A DNA stretch of 29,615 nucleotides, taken from positions 1 through 29,615 of the IMG/VR virus record IMGVR_UViG_3300025018_000432; one strand, written 5' to 3'. This document shows positions 1-8,016 of the stretch, one piece after another. The DNA comes from a virus. Taxonomy: Duplodnaviria > Caudoviricetes. Numbering within the stretch: the stretch's first letter is position 1; every line of letters starts with the position of its first letter. The translations under genes and the position numbers were made by a program. Below the pieces are notes generated by a model. It did no database searches and was not told the origin of the DNA. It saw nothing but the letters and a program-made list of their open reading frames with translations.

Positions 1-3
1 AAG

Positions 4-45
4 AAAAGGAATGTCAATTTAGTTGTTGACATTCCTTTTTTTATT
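4..45 (+). terminator. Stem-loop (putative intrinsic terminator) overlapping a -35 box
   Basis: AAAAGGAATGTCAA (4-17) is the exact reverse complement of TTGACATTCCTTTT (26-39) and is followed by a T-rich tract. Confidence 0.65.
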
Positions 46-76
46 TGTTATACTCTTTATATAAGATTGATTGAGA
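26..76 (+). promoter_or_regulatory. Sigma70-type early promoter cassette, extended class
   Basis: TTGACA 26-31, 17-bp spacer, TG-T-TATACT (49-54), then CTTTATATAAGATTGATTGAGA. Confidence 0.85.
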
Positions 77-101
77 TTAAAAATAAATGATGAGGTACAA
101 A

Positions 102-413
102 ATGGGTCTTTTCAAAGAGCAGGTATATCAGTTACAGTTTTTAGCAAATCAGCAAACAAGAATTTATCAGTATGCCTGTGATTCTGGCATTATCATCAAG
201 AATTTTGATTGTTCTGTTGTAAAAGAAATTAAGGAGATCCTTGAATTTCTTCCTTCTGACATGAAGAAGAGAACAGAACACAGAGCACCTGGAAAAATTT
301 ATGTCAGGTGGGAGTTGTCTTTTACATGGGATGATGATAACATTGAAAAATGGTACATCGAATATATTGACCTCAGTAAGAAGAAATTACGATATATTCA
401 GGTTTACAAATAA
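102..413 (+). CDS. Hypothetical protein
   Basis: ORF 87..413; GAGGT RBS favours ATG at 102; lies directly downstream of a promoter. Confidence 0.65.
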   Translation: MGLFKEQVYQLQFLANQQTRIYQYACDSGIIIKNFDCSVVKEIKEILEFLPSDMKKRTEHRAPGKIYVRWELSFTWDDDNIEKWYIEYIDLSKKKLRYIQVYK

Positions 414-421
414 GGAGAGGA

Positions 422-700
422 ATGAGTTACACAAAATTACCGTACGAATTTGATTTATTGTTTGACATCAAATCTGTGGAAGAGCTTCATAGATTGATTA
501 TCGAGGATAGATTTGATTGCTTTCAGGATGAATATAAAGTGTTCTCGTTGATGGAAGATCATAACATCCCATTTCCAGAAGGCTTCAAGAACCCTATTAA
601 ACTAGGTTTCCCTAAAGTAGTCTGGATTGACAAGAATGGAGGGTATGTTACTGAATGCCCAAAGGATGCTGAAAATTATCAAAGAATGAGATTATCATGA
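422..700 (+). CDS. Hypothetical protein
   Basis: 92-aa ORF with AAGGAG RBS; ATGA overlap with the next gene. Confidence 0.7.
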   Translation: MSYTKLPYEFDLLFDIKSVEELHRLIIEDRFDCFQDEYKVFSLMEDHNIPFPEGFKNPIKLGFPKVVWIDKNGGYVTECPKDAENYQRMRLS

Positions 701-1146
701 ACAAAGAACAAACATTAATCCTTATTAGAGGTCTTCCTGGGTCGGGTAAAACCACAAAGGCATTTGATCTTTGTAATAAGGATCCTGATCTTGTCCATCT
801 AGAGGCTGATATGTTTCATTGTGACCTTGAAGGTAAGTATAATTACAAGGATGAATTGTCTTCTTTGGCTCATCAATGGTGCCTCTCCTCTACTGCCTTA
901 TATCTCAACAGAGGAAAATCTGTTGTTGTCTCTAATACATTCATTACAGCAAAAGAAATGGAACCATATTTCAGGATGGCAAAGCTCATGGATGTTAATG
1001 TACAAATAATGGCATGCCATGGTGATTTTGATTCTGTTCATAATGTCCCTAGGCATGTTATTAATTACATGAAAGCAAGGTTGCAACCACAGCACAAAAT
1101 ATTAGCAAAATATACAGAAATATTGATTGACAAAGAAGTTTTTTAA
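697..1146 (+). CDS. P-loop kinase (AAA_33 / polynucleotide-kinase-like)
   Basis: LILIRGLPGSGKTT Walker A, EADMF, VVVSNTF and SVHNVP motifs typical of this phage kinase family. Confidence 0.8.
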   Translation: MNKEQTLILIRGLPGSGKTTKAFDLCNKDPDLVHLEADMFHCDLEGKYNYKDELSSLAHQWCLSSTALYLNRGKSVVVSNTFITAKEMEPYFRMAKLMDVNVQIMACHGDFDSVHNVPRHVINYMKARLQPQHKILAKYTEILIDKEVF

Positions 1147-1155
1147 TGTTATAAT
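1127..1155 (+). promoter_or_regulatory. Sigma70-type promoter for uvsX
   Basis: TTGACA 1127-1132, 17 bp, TG-T-TATAAT 1150-1155; AGGAGG RBS before ATG 1197. Confidence 0.85.
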
Positions 1156-1196
1156 ATATCTTTACACAATAGTATTATAACTCTACAGGAGGATGC

Positions 1197-2339
1197 ATGG
1201 CAAAGAAGATTACGAATGATAATGGGTTTGGTTTCCTTAATGATATGTTCAAATTGAACGAATATGCCACATGTGCAGAGGATGGCATTGTTGCAGGTGA
1301 TAATGAAGGGTTTATGGATTCAGGTTCATATACTCTAAATGCTGTTTTATCAGGGTCCATATATGGAGGGTATGCAAGAAATAAAATTACTGAATTAGCT
1401 GGACCATCTTCTGTTGGTAAGACCTTCTTTCTGCTTACATTGATCAAATTGTTTCTTGAGAAAGAAAAGGAAGGTGGTGTGTTTCTATTTGAATCGGAAT
1501 CAGCTATCTCTAAGAAACAACTTGTTGAATTCGGTATTGATGTAACAAGGGTATATGTATTCCCTATTGATACAGTACAGAAGTTCAGGCATCAAGCTCT
1601 TACCATTCTGACCAAGTATATTGAGCAGCCAAAGAAAGAAAGAAAACCTTTGCTTATAGGCCTTGATTCTCTAGGCATGCTTTCTACTGAAAAAGAGATG
1701 ACCGATATCGGCGAAGGTAAAGATACAAGAGATATGACGAGGTCCCAATTGGTTAAGGCTGCTTTCAGGGTATTGACTTTGAAATTAGGCATTGCTGGTG
1801 TACCATTGATCATGACCAATCACACATATCAAACAATGGATCTTTTTTCTAAGACAGTTGCTTCTGGTGGTTCAGGAAGAGCATATGCAGCCAGTTCAAC
1901 TATTTTCCTTTCAAAGAAGAAAGAAAAGATTGGGACTGATGTTGTTGGTAATGTCATTCATTGTAAAATGGAGAAAGGACGCCTTACAAGAGAGAATTCA
2001 AAAGCCGATACCATTATCCGATATGATTCTGGTCTTGATCGATGGTATGGTATGGTTGATTTTGCTCTTGAATCAGGCGTGTGGGTTAAGGAAGGGAATA
2101 AAATTCGTTTGAATCCCAAAGAGGAACCCGCAGTTCTTGCTACTGCAAAAGTAATATATAATTCGCCAGAGAAGTATTTTACTCCTGAAGTAATGAAAGC
2201 AATTGATGAATACGCAGGAAGAAAGTTTCTTTATGGGTCTGCATTCGATGATACTGATGCTGAAACACCTGACATCGAGGACGAAAACCTTGATGATGAA
2301 GGCGATAGTTATTTCACCAAACAATCTGCGGAGGAATAA
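1197..2339 (+). CDS. uvsX: RecA-like recombinase UvsX
   Basis: DSGSYTLNAVLSG, Walker A GPSSVGKT, FESESA, Walker B LDSLGML, DMTRSQ, TNHTY, SGGSG; acidic C-terminal tail; position upstream of the gp41 helicase as in T4. Confidence 0.93.
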   Translation: MAKKITNDNGFGFLNDMFKLNEYATCAEDGIVAGDNEGFMDSGSYTLNAVLSGSIYGGYARNKITELAGPSSVGKTFFLLTLIKLFLEKEKEGGVFLFESESAISKKQLVEFGIDVTRVYVFPIDTVQKFRHQALTILTKYIEQPKKERKPLLIGLDSLGMLSTEKEMTDIGEGKDTRDMTRSQLVKAAFRVLTLKLGIAGVPLIMTNHTYQTMDLFSKTVASGGSGRAYAASSTIFLSKKKEKIGTDVVGNVIHCKMEKGRLTRENSKADTIIRYDSGLDRWYGMVDFALESGVWVKEGNKIRLNPKEEPAVLATAKVIYNSPEKYFTPEVMKAIDEYAGRKFLYGSAFDDTDAETPDIEDENLDDEGDSYFTKQSAEE

Positions 2340-2579
2340 ATGTTTTCCAAGCAGAAAATAATTGAAGGTATGTGTCTAACATATCGACATGATTATGGTA
2401 TGTTACTAATACAAGCACAAATACCAATTAAAAATATTATGACTCAGTTATATGAACACAATATAATTCCTTTGTTGAAGGATTTGTATGATGATATATC
2501 ATGTAGCTGCGAACAATGCAGGGCAGTGGTGCCCAAAACAATATTAAAGGCTATAGGTGACTCTTATGGAAGACAATAA
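2340..2579 (+). CDS. Hypothetical protein
   Basis: 79-aa ORF starting right after the uvsX stop, with GGAGG upstream. Confidence 0.55.
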   Translation: MFSKQKIIEGMCLTYRHDYGMLLIQAQIPIKNIMTQLYEHNIIPLLKDLYDDISCSCEQCRAVVPKTILKAIGDSYGRQ

Positions 2580-2868
2580 AAAAGATTCTTGTATTGAATC
2601 CACAATCAACATGATATCGAGTGAAGGTAATGCTCATGAATTTCGGATTGTGGAAGGTTTACTTGCTGGTGTTGAATATACAATATACACTTCGGATGGT
2701 CTAATGGAGGATGACTTTTCTGTTGATTATACAGTGAACAATCCAGAAGTCCTAATGAAGATTATGGAGAACCTTGTATCTGCTGTTGTCAAGAATGATT
2801 TTGAGGCAAGGCTATCACAATTTATTAATGAATACGACGAATCAAAAGAAGAAACAGAACAAAAATAA
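2566..2868 (+). CDS. Acidic protein, possible gp40-like head-vertex assembly chaperone
   Basis: About 100 aa, acidic, located between uvsX and gene 41 as T4 gene 40 is; assignment rests mainly on synteny; AGGTG RBS favours ATG at 2566. Confidence 0.4.
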   Translation: MEDNKKDSCIESTINMISSEGNAHEFRIVEGLLAGVEYTIYTSDGLMEDDFSVDYTVNNPEVLMKIMENLVSAVVKNDFEARLSQFINEYDESKEETEQK

Positions 2869-2872
2869 GAGG

Positions 2873-3493
2873 TCAATTTGTCTGAAAAGGAAGGGCCCTT
2901 CCTTTCGAGATATTCTTTTTTCTTTCTTCTGTATGAGGGACGCCAGTTAATGCTTTTCGGATGCTTTCTTTGTGCTTATATGAATGTTTTAAACCTGTAT
3001 GTGATGTTTTCATTTTATTTTTTGTTTTTTCTGATAATTTATGGGACAATCCTAGTCTGTTACCAACTAATTCCCCAGATATCCATCTAGGGTCTTTTTT
3101 AGTAATTCTATATGTGTTGTTATTAGCATCTTTAGCTGTAAAAAATCCTTTATGAGATTTTGATAATTTCTTTAAGGATTCTGGCGTTCTGGCTTCTAGG
3201 TGACCAGAATATCCTCCTATAACTAAATTATATGAGTTTCTATTACAAACAATGGCTCTATTAACAATTTTTTCTTCCATATCATACGCATTTTTGCAAT
3301 CATCAAATACAAAAAGGACATCGCGCATAAAATTTTCTTTGGTATATTTTTTTATTGCTAATGATATTAATTTTCCGCTACCTAAATAGCCATCAAATTC
3401 AAGCCCAATTTGTTTATGTGCACCGATATAATATTTACCGTTGACAAGATTAGTTGTTTCGTATATAATATAAATAGGCTTAGATTCAGGCAT
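2873..3493 (-). CDS. Free-standing GIY-YIG (Seg-like) homing endonuclease with NUMOD3-type repeats
   Basis: IIYETTNLVNGKYYIGAH, GYLGSG and SYNLVIGG, plus C-terminal HSEETKxKMS-like repeats (LSEKTKNKM, HSYKHKESI, HTEERKKNIS); only convincing minus-strand gene in the window. Confidence 0.88.
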   Translation of the reverse strand: MPESKPIYIIYETTNLVNGKYYIGAHKQIGLEFDGYLGSGKLISLAIKKYTKENFMRDVLFVFDDCKNAYDMEEKIVNRAIVCNRNSYNLVIGGYSGHLEARTPESLKKLSKSHKGFFTAKDANNNTYRITKKDPRWISGELVGNRLGLSHKLSEKTKNKMKTSHTGLKHSYKHKESIRKALTGVPHTEERKKNISKGRALPFQTN

Positions 3494-3525
3494 GTTCTTC
3501 TCCTAGAAAGAAATGTTTGGGTTTA

Positions 3526-3558
3526 GGCTATGTATGATGCTATAACATCTACATAGCC
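3526..3558. other. Hairpin in the 5' region of the GIY-YIG gene
   Basis: GGCTATGTA...TACATAGCC inverted repeat with inner GATG/CATC pairing. Confidence 0.6.
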
Positions 3559-3566
3559 ATTTTTAT

Positions 3567-3574
3567 TATTTATC
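3567..3574 (-). promoter_or_regulatory. T4-type late promoter variant (GATAAATA) for the homing endonuclease
   Basis: Minus strand reads TAAATGATAAATAATA, identical to the plus-strand sequence at 20592-20607. Confidence 0.55.
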
Positions 3575-3593
3575 ATTTAAAAAAGGAATTACA

Positions 3594-4250
3594 TTGTCAG
3601 ATAAAAATTACAATATAGCCTTTCAATCCTCTATGATTTTCAACCAGCTAATTCACAAGGATGAATTCTTCTATAAGGTCTTTCCTTTTCTGAACATAGA
3701 ATACTTTTCTGGACCAGAAAAGGCAGTTTTTGCAGCTTTAAAGACCCACTATGATAAGTACGAAAAGCCTGCAACTGCTGAAATGCTTGAGGTGTACCTA
3801 TCCAAAAATAAAAATGTAAATCTAAAACTTTTTGAAGGGGCTATTGGTTACGTAAAGGAACATCTTCATCAAAAGAAAGATATAGACCTAAAATGGATAA
3901 TCGACCAGACTGAGGAATTCTGTCAGACAAAGGCATTGTATAATGCCCTGTCAAAATCCGTTGCAATCTATGATGAGGGTTCAGTTACTGATAAGAATAA
4001 CATTCCTGATATTCTTAATGAAGCATTATCAATATCATTTAATACCGATATTGGTTTGGATTATATTGATGATGCACTTGAAAGATTCAAAAGGTTGAAA
4101 TCCAAAGCTGATAAACTCCCTTTTCTTTGCCCTATAATGAATAACATTACAAAGGGAGGATTTGAGAGAAAAACTGTCAACGCAATATTAGCCGCTTGTG
4201 TTACAGAGGATACTTTGGTTCGTATAAGGATTAGGAAGGTTGACAAGTAG
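3594..4250 (+). CDS. 41: gp41-like replicative helicase, N-terminal part fused to a 17-aa split-intein N-fragment
   Basis: WIIDQTEEFCQTKALYNAL, IPDILNEALSISFNTDIGLDY and NNITKGG match gp41; ends AILAA|CVTEDTLVRIRIRKVDK; TTG start with AAGGA RBS. Confidence 0.9.
   Translation: MSDKNYNIAFQSSMIFNQLIHKDEFFYKVFPFLNIEYFSGPEKAVFAALKTHYDKYEKPATAEMLEVYLSKNKNVNLKLFEGAIGYVKEHLHQKKDIDLKWIIDQTEEFCQTKALYNALSKSVAIYDEGSVTDKNNIPDILNEALSISFNTDIGLDYIDDALERFKRLKSKADKLPFLCPIMNNITKGGFERKTVNAILAACVTEDTLVRIRIRKVDK
4197..4247 (+). mobile_element. Split intein N-fragment (IntN, 17 aa)
   Basis: Block A pattern C-V-x-x-D-T-x-V interrupts the Walker A loop, followed by a stop codon. Confidence 0.85.
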
Positions 4251-4301
4251 AACTCAATTGGTGTTATGTTATGTGTGAAATTGGTAATTCATTTTAACCT
4301 A

Positions 4302-4326
4302 TGTTATAATATTAAATGATCGAGGT
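4302..4326 (+). promoter_or_regulatory. Extended -10 element and RBS for the helicase C-terminal gene
   Basis: TG-T-TATAAT 4302-4310 and GAGGT 4322-4326; a TTGACA also lies at 4240-4245. Confidence 0.55.
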
Positions 4327-4329
4327 AAT

Positions 4330-4713
4330 ATGTATGAAGAATATGAAGAGATAGACGTTCCAATTTCAGACATAGAACGTTTATTGGAAGAAGGTGTTGA
4401 TTTTGACATTAATACCCCAGATGGATGGCAAAAAGCCATAGCTTTTGTTGATAAAGGCGAAATGGACATTTATCATTTAATGAATGATAGAGGAGAAGAA
4501 GTTAAATGCGCTGGTAGACATAAATTTGATACGAATTTTGGATGGCAAACTGCTGAGGATATGGTCGATTGGTTCGGAATTAAAGTGTTGTGTGATGATG
4601 GCTTTTACCATCCATGTAGAGTTGTGCGAGCTGGATATAAACAAAAAGTTGTTGATATATCTATTAACCATCCTAATCATAGGTATTTTACTAACAGAAT
4701 AAGCTCAAAAAAC
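4330..4713 (+). mobile_element. Split intein C-fragment (IntC, 128 aa)
   Basis: TPDGWQ, block B KCAGRHKF, block F VVDISINHPNHRYFTN, block G ISSKN followed by Thr at +1. Confidence 0.87.
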
Positions 4714-5556
4714 ACCAACGTAGGTAAATCTGCCTACATGTGCCATTATGCTGCTGAAATGGTATCACAAGGATATAATGTACTCTATGTATCAATGGAG
4801 ATGGCAGAAGAGAAGCTAGGCACAAGGATCGATGCTAACTTGATGGATGTGGCGATGGATTCTGTTCTTGCCATGTCTGAGTTAGAATTTATGAAAAACA
4901 TTAACCTACTCAAGACCAAAGTAGGGAAACTAATCATCAAAGAATTCCCTACAGCTTCAGTTCATATGGGTCATGTTGAAGCGATGATTCGGGAATTGAA
5001 AAACAAAAAAGGATTTGTCCCTGATGTTGTTTGTCTGGATTATCTTGGTATCTGCTTATCAAGAAGAGTTGGACTCGGAGCTGGTACGTATTTATTTGTA
5101 AAAGCAATTACTGAAGAGTTCAGGGGATTGGCAGTAAAATACAATTTTGTAGGAGTAACTGCTACTCAAGGAACAAGGTCAACAATCGAAGCTAGTGATA
5201 TGAATATGTCCGACACAGGCGATTCTAAAGGTATCAATGATACAGTCGATTTCTTGATGGGTATGATGGCTCCTGAAGAGATAGCTAAAGCAGGATTGAT
5301 GCTGTGTAAGCAATTGAAGTCAAGGTATGATGATGTAAACCGAAAGAAAAGATTTGTCATGACCTTTGATCGCCAGAAAATGCACTTCGAGGAAGCAACT
5401 GATCCTGGGGTTGCTGCTGGTTTCTTGGGTCAGACAGTGGATAATTCAACCGCTCCTGGAGTGATTGATGAGGACAAGCCATTGTTCGATGCTTCAACAG
5501 GAGACAGATATCTTGGGGAAAGGGTAAAAGGAACACTGACAGGAATATCTTTTTAG
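4330..5556 (+). CDS. 41: Split-intein C-fragment fused to the C-terminal part of the gp41-like helicase
   Basis: After ISSKN the sequence continues TNVGKS (Walker A), VLYVSMEMAEE, RIDANL, LIIKEFPT, LDYLGIC, EEFRGLA, TATQ and KQLKSRY, all DnaB/gp41 motifs. Confidence 0.92.
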   Translation: MYEEYEEIDVPISDIERLLEEGVDFDINTPDGWQKAIAFVDKGEMDIYHLMNDRGEEVKCAGRHKFDTNFGWQTAEDMVDWFGIKVLCDDGFYHPCRVVRAGYKQKVVDISINHPNHRYFTNRISSKNTNVGKSAYMCHYAAEMVSQGYNVLYVSMEMAEEKLGTRIDANLMDVAMDSVLAMSELEFMKNINLLKTKVGKLIIKEFPTASVHMGHVEAMIRELKNKKGFVPDVVCLDYLGICLSRRVGLGAGTYLFVKAITEEFRGLAVKYNFVGVTATQGTRSTIEASDMNMSDTGDSKGINDTVDFLMGMMAPEEIAKAGLMLCKQLKSRYDDVNRKKRFVMTFDRQKMHFEEATDPGVAAGFLGQTVDNSTAPGVIDEDKPLFDASTGDRYLGERVKGTLTGISF

Positions 5557-5583
5557 ACATTTTAGGCATTTTAGGCATTTTAG
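5551..5583 (+). repeat. 9-bp tandem repeat (TTTTAGRCA)x3 plus a partial copy
   Basis: TTTTAGACA TTTTAGGCA TTTTAGGCA TTTTAG, starting at the helicase stop and ending just before the next -35 box. Confidence 0.85.
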
Positions 5584-5586
5584 TTG

Positions 5587-5651
5587 TTGACAGCACCACA
5601 GAATAATGTTATACTCTTTATATAAGATGCTGAAAGAGAGTAATTGAGAGA
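5587..5651 (+). promoter_or_regulatory. Sigma70-type early promoter cassette, extended class
   Basis: TTGACA 5587-5592, 17 bp, TG-T-TATACT 5610-5615, CTTTATATAAGATG...GAGAGTAATTGAGAGA. Confidence 0.85.
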
Positions 5652-5677
5652 CAAATTTAGAATGAGTGGTAAATAAA

Positions 5678-5770
5678 ATGAGCAATGATTTTGAGATGCC
5701 TACTGACAATGACTCGATTGATAGGTTTAATGCTATAGCAGCAGAGCAATTAGACACAACTAAAAGGTAG
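5678..5770 (+). CDS. Possible 30-aa peptide MSNDFEMPTDNDSIDRFNAIAAEQLDTTKR
   Basis: Translated by hand; fills the gap between the promoter and the next gene; weak RBS. Confidence 0.35.
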   Translation: MSNDFEMPTDNDSIDRFNAIAAEQLDTTKR

Positions 5771-5774
5771 CAAT

Positions 5775-6545
5775 ATGAAGAGAATTGGATATATAAGTGA
5801 TGTTCATGCAGATCATTACCCAAACCCTTATGAAGCAATCGATAAGGTGTGTAATTCAGCTTTATTTTTTGAAGTTGATTGGCTAGTAATTGCTGGTGAT
5901 CTTTCAGGCATCGACAAAGCAAAAGAATACCTCGCCTATATGGGCGGTAAATTACATGGCAAGAAAATATTTTTTGTCTGCGGTAACCATGAATTGTATG
6001 GATTCAAGATGCATGATATACATGATTTTGCTAAAACACAAATGCCTGATAATGTGTTTATCCTTAATAGGAATTATCATTTTGACATTGAGGATCCTGA
6101 TATCTGCATTATTGGTACCACAGGATGGATTGATGGTTCCTGGGCTAGCATCTATGGCGACAAGAAATTCTATAAATCCAGGTTGAACGATTTCCGATTC
6201 ATTCAAGGATATGACCAGAATGGTTTGGAATACGGTCAGGCTGATTATAGATCATTGAAGAGAAGCCTCGAGGCATGTAATGATGTAAAGACTAAAATTG
6301 TTGTTACCCATTATCTGCCTTTGATGGATTGTATTCAGGTTCAGCATCTAGGCGATCCTATCAATCATTGTTACGCCAACAATTGGTTTGACATAGTAAA
6401 AGAAAATGATATCAATTATTGGATCTATGGCCATGACCATTCAAAGAGCATAATTACAGTAGAAGGAACAAAATTTGTCACAAATGGCGTTGGGTATCCA
6501 AGCGTATACGGTTGTGATGTAAAAATCCATGTAATAGAGGTGTAA
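5775..6545 (+). CDS. Calcineurin-like metallophosphoesterase
   Basis: SDVH, AGDL, GNHE, VTHY and GHDH metal-binding motifs in canonical order. Confidence 0.9.
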   Translation: MKRIGYISDVHADHYPNPYEAIDKVCNSALFFEVDWLVIAGDLSGIDKAKEYLAYMGGKLHGKKIFFVCGNHELYGFKMHDIHDFAKTQMPDNVFILNRNYHFDIEDPDICIIGTTGWIDGSWASIYGDKKFYKSRLNDFRFIQGYDQNGLEYGQADYRSLKRSLEACNDVKTKIVVTHYLPLMDCIQVQHLGDPINHCYANNWFDIVKENDINYWIYGHDHSKSIITVEGTKFVTNGVGYPSVYGCDVKIHVIEV

Positions 6546-6546
6546 A

Positions 6547-6771
6547 ATGAGCAAAGAGAAATTAGACAAGTATCATTGGCATGAGGCGCTGGACAGAGCC
6601 TCAGTTGCTCAGGAAATGTTTGATGAACATGTAAGGCAGCATCCTGCAGTAGAAAATACTCCTGAATTAGAGGAAATGGCTGATAAAATTCTTGATGACA
6701 TGTATGCTTTGTATAATAAGATATCTTCCATCAGGTTCAGCAAGAAAGCTAGGAAATTGAGGAATCTATGA
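6547..6771 (+). CDS. Hypothetical protein
   Basis: 74-aa ORF, GAGGTG RBS, ATGA overlap with the next gene. Confidence 0.7.
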   Translation: MSKEKLDKYHWHEALDRASVAQEMFDEHVRQHPAVENTPELEEMADKILDDMYALYNKISSIRFSKKARKLRNL

Positions 6772-7691
6772 AAGTATTATTTAGTCATTGGGACTTAGAC
6801 GGGGTGGTATCTGGCATTATCCTGTCTCAGGGCATGAAATTCGATATGATCCTTAGAGGCGGGTACCAGAAATTTGATGCTTTGATTGAGAAGATTCCAA
6901 TGGGAGCCGATGTTGTTGTCGCTGATGTTTGTCTTACTGTTGAGCAATTCACAAGAGTAAAATATAGGGCAAGGAATGTAATCTACATCGACCATCATCC
7001 TAATTCTCTTGCTATCAAAGAAACATTCACTAATGATGTTATTGTATTTGATCATGCCAAAGCAGCTTCAGGGTTGTGTCTTGATTTCATAGGGAGCAGG
7101 AAACCTCTCTCTAAACCGATCAAAATGCTCGGTAATGCAGGTAATTTCTATGACTTGTATCAGCAAGAAGAACAGCCGGATTGGTTCAAATTTGGCTATG
7201 ACCTCAACATCCTGTTTTGGGAATATCATTACGATAAATTCAGGCAACGATTCATCAATGGGTTTGATAAATTTACACCTGAAGAAAAATTATTTATCAA
7301 GACATCAAAAGCAAAACGAGATGAATTCATACAAAATTCCGTCTACATGGAAATAGGTGAATCTGTCAAAGGTCTTGTATGTGTTCCTGCTGATAATGGA
7401 ATACAGAATGACATATCAAATATCATCAAAGGATATCAGGTTTATTACATCATAATGCGATACCCTAAAAGTATATCAATAAGCATCCGTAGTAAAGGAA
7501 TTGACCTGAACGAAACAGTTCCTTTCTTGAAAAGCCCTTACATTCAATCAGCCGGAGGACATCCACAAGCATCAGGTCTAAATTTTTATGGAACGCCTGA
7601 AGATGAAATTATCCTTGGCACTATCAATGAGCTACACCACAACATAGAACACCCTGTAAGTGAATTTGATTATGATGATATTCCTTTTTAA
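6768..7691 (+). CDS. DHH/DHHA1-family phosphoesterase
   Basis: SHWDLDG, VVVAD, YIDHH, YDLY, SISIRS and GGHPQASG motifs; C-terminus EFDYDDIPF. Confidence 0.88.
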   Translation: MKVLFSHWDLDGVVSGIILSQGMKFDMILRGGYQKFDALIEKIPMGADVVVADVCLTVEQFTRVKYRARNVIYIDHHPNSLAIKETFTNDVIVFDHAKAASGLCLDFIGSRKPLSKPIKMLGNAGNFYDLYQQEEQPDWFKFGYDLNILFWEYHYDKFRQRFINGFDKFTPEEKLFIKTSKAKRDEFIQNSVYMEIGESVKGLVCVPADNGIQNDISNIIKGYQVYYIIMRYPKSISISIRSKGIDLNETVPFLKSPYIQSAGGHPQASGLNFYGTPEDEIILGTINELHHNIEHPVSEFDYDDIPF

Positions 7692-7706
7692 AAATGAAAA
7701 TAATTG

Positions 7707-7757
7707 TTGACAAGAGTATTTCCTTATGTTATACTCTTTATATAAGATTGATTGAGA
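7707..7757 (+). promoter_or_regulatory. Sigma70-type early promoter cassette, extended class
   Basis: TTGACA 7707-7712, 17 bp, TG-T-TATACT 7730-7735, CTTTATATAAGATTGATTGAGA. Confidence 0.85.
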
Positions 7758-7776
7758 AACAAAATAAACTAAGGAG

Positions 7777-8016
7777 ATGCGAATGGATTGTGTCAAGGAA
7801 GCGAAAGCTGGACTGTTACGATCAATGAGAAATGCAATTGTATTTTTTACAATTATATGTGCTCTAAATTTTTATTATGGAGCTGCTCATAATAATATAA
7901 TAGTAATTTTTCTGTGCTTGTGTTTATCATGTGTTATATCGGCAATGATGTGTCTTTATGCTGAAGTAAAATTTGATGGTAATGGAGATTCTGACAATGA
8001 CGAAATCGCAGGTTGA
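7777..8016 (+). CDS. Small membrane protein (two predicted TM segments)
   Basis: Two hydrophobic stretches; AAGGAG RBS, so the start may be 7783. Confidence 0.6.
   Translation: MRMDCVKEAKAGLLRSMRNAIVFFTIICALNFYYGAAHNNIIVIFLCLCLSCVISAMMCLYAEVKFDGNGDSDNDEIAG

Noticed and set aside
49-62. TACTCTTTATA resembles the boxA antitermination element (TGCTCTTTAACA)
   Set aside because: It overlaps the -10 box and lies mostly upstream of the expected start site, so this promoter would not transcribe it; the likeness is probably coincidental
4251-4329. Helicase break as a sequencing frameshift, intron or translational bypass
   Set aside because: Both frames contain stops, the second ORF has its own extended -10 and RBS, and both ends carry matching intein blocks that restore Walker A exactly
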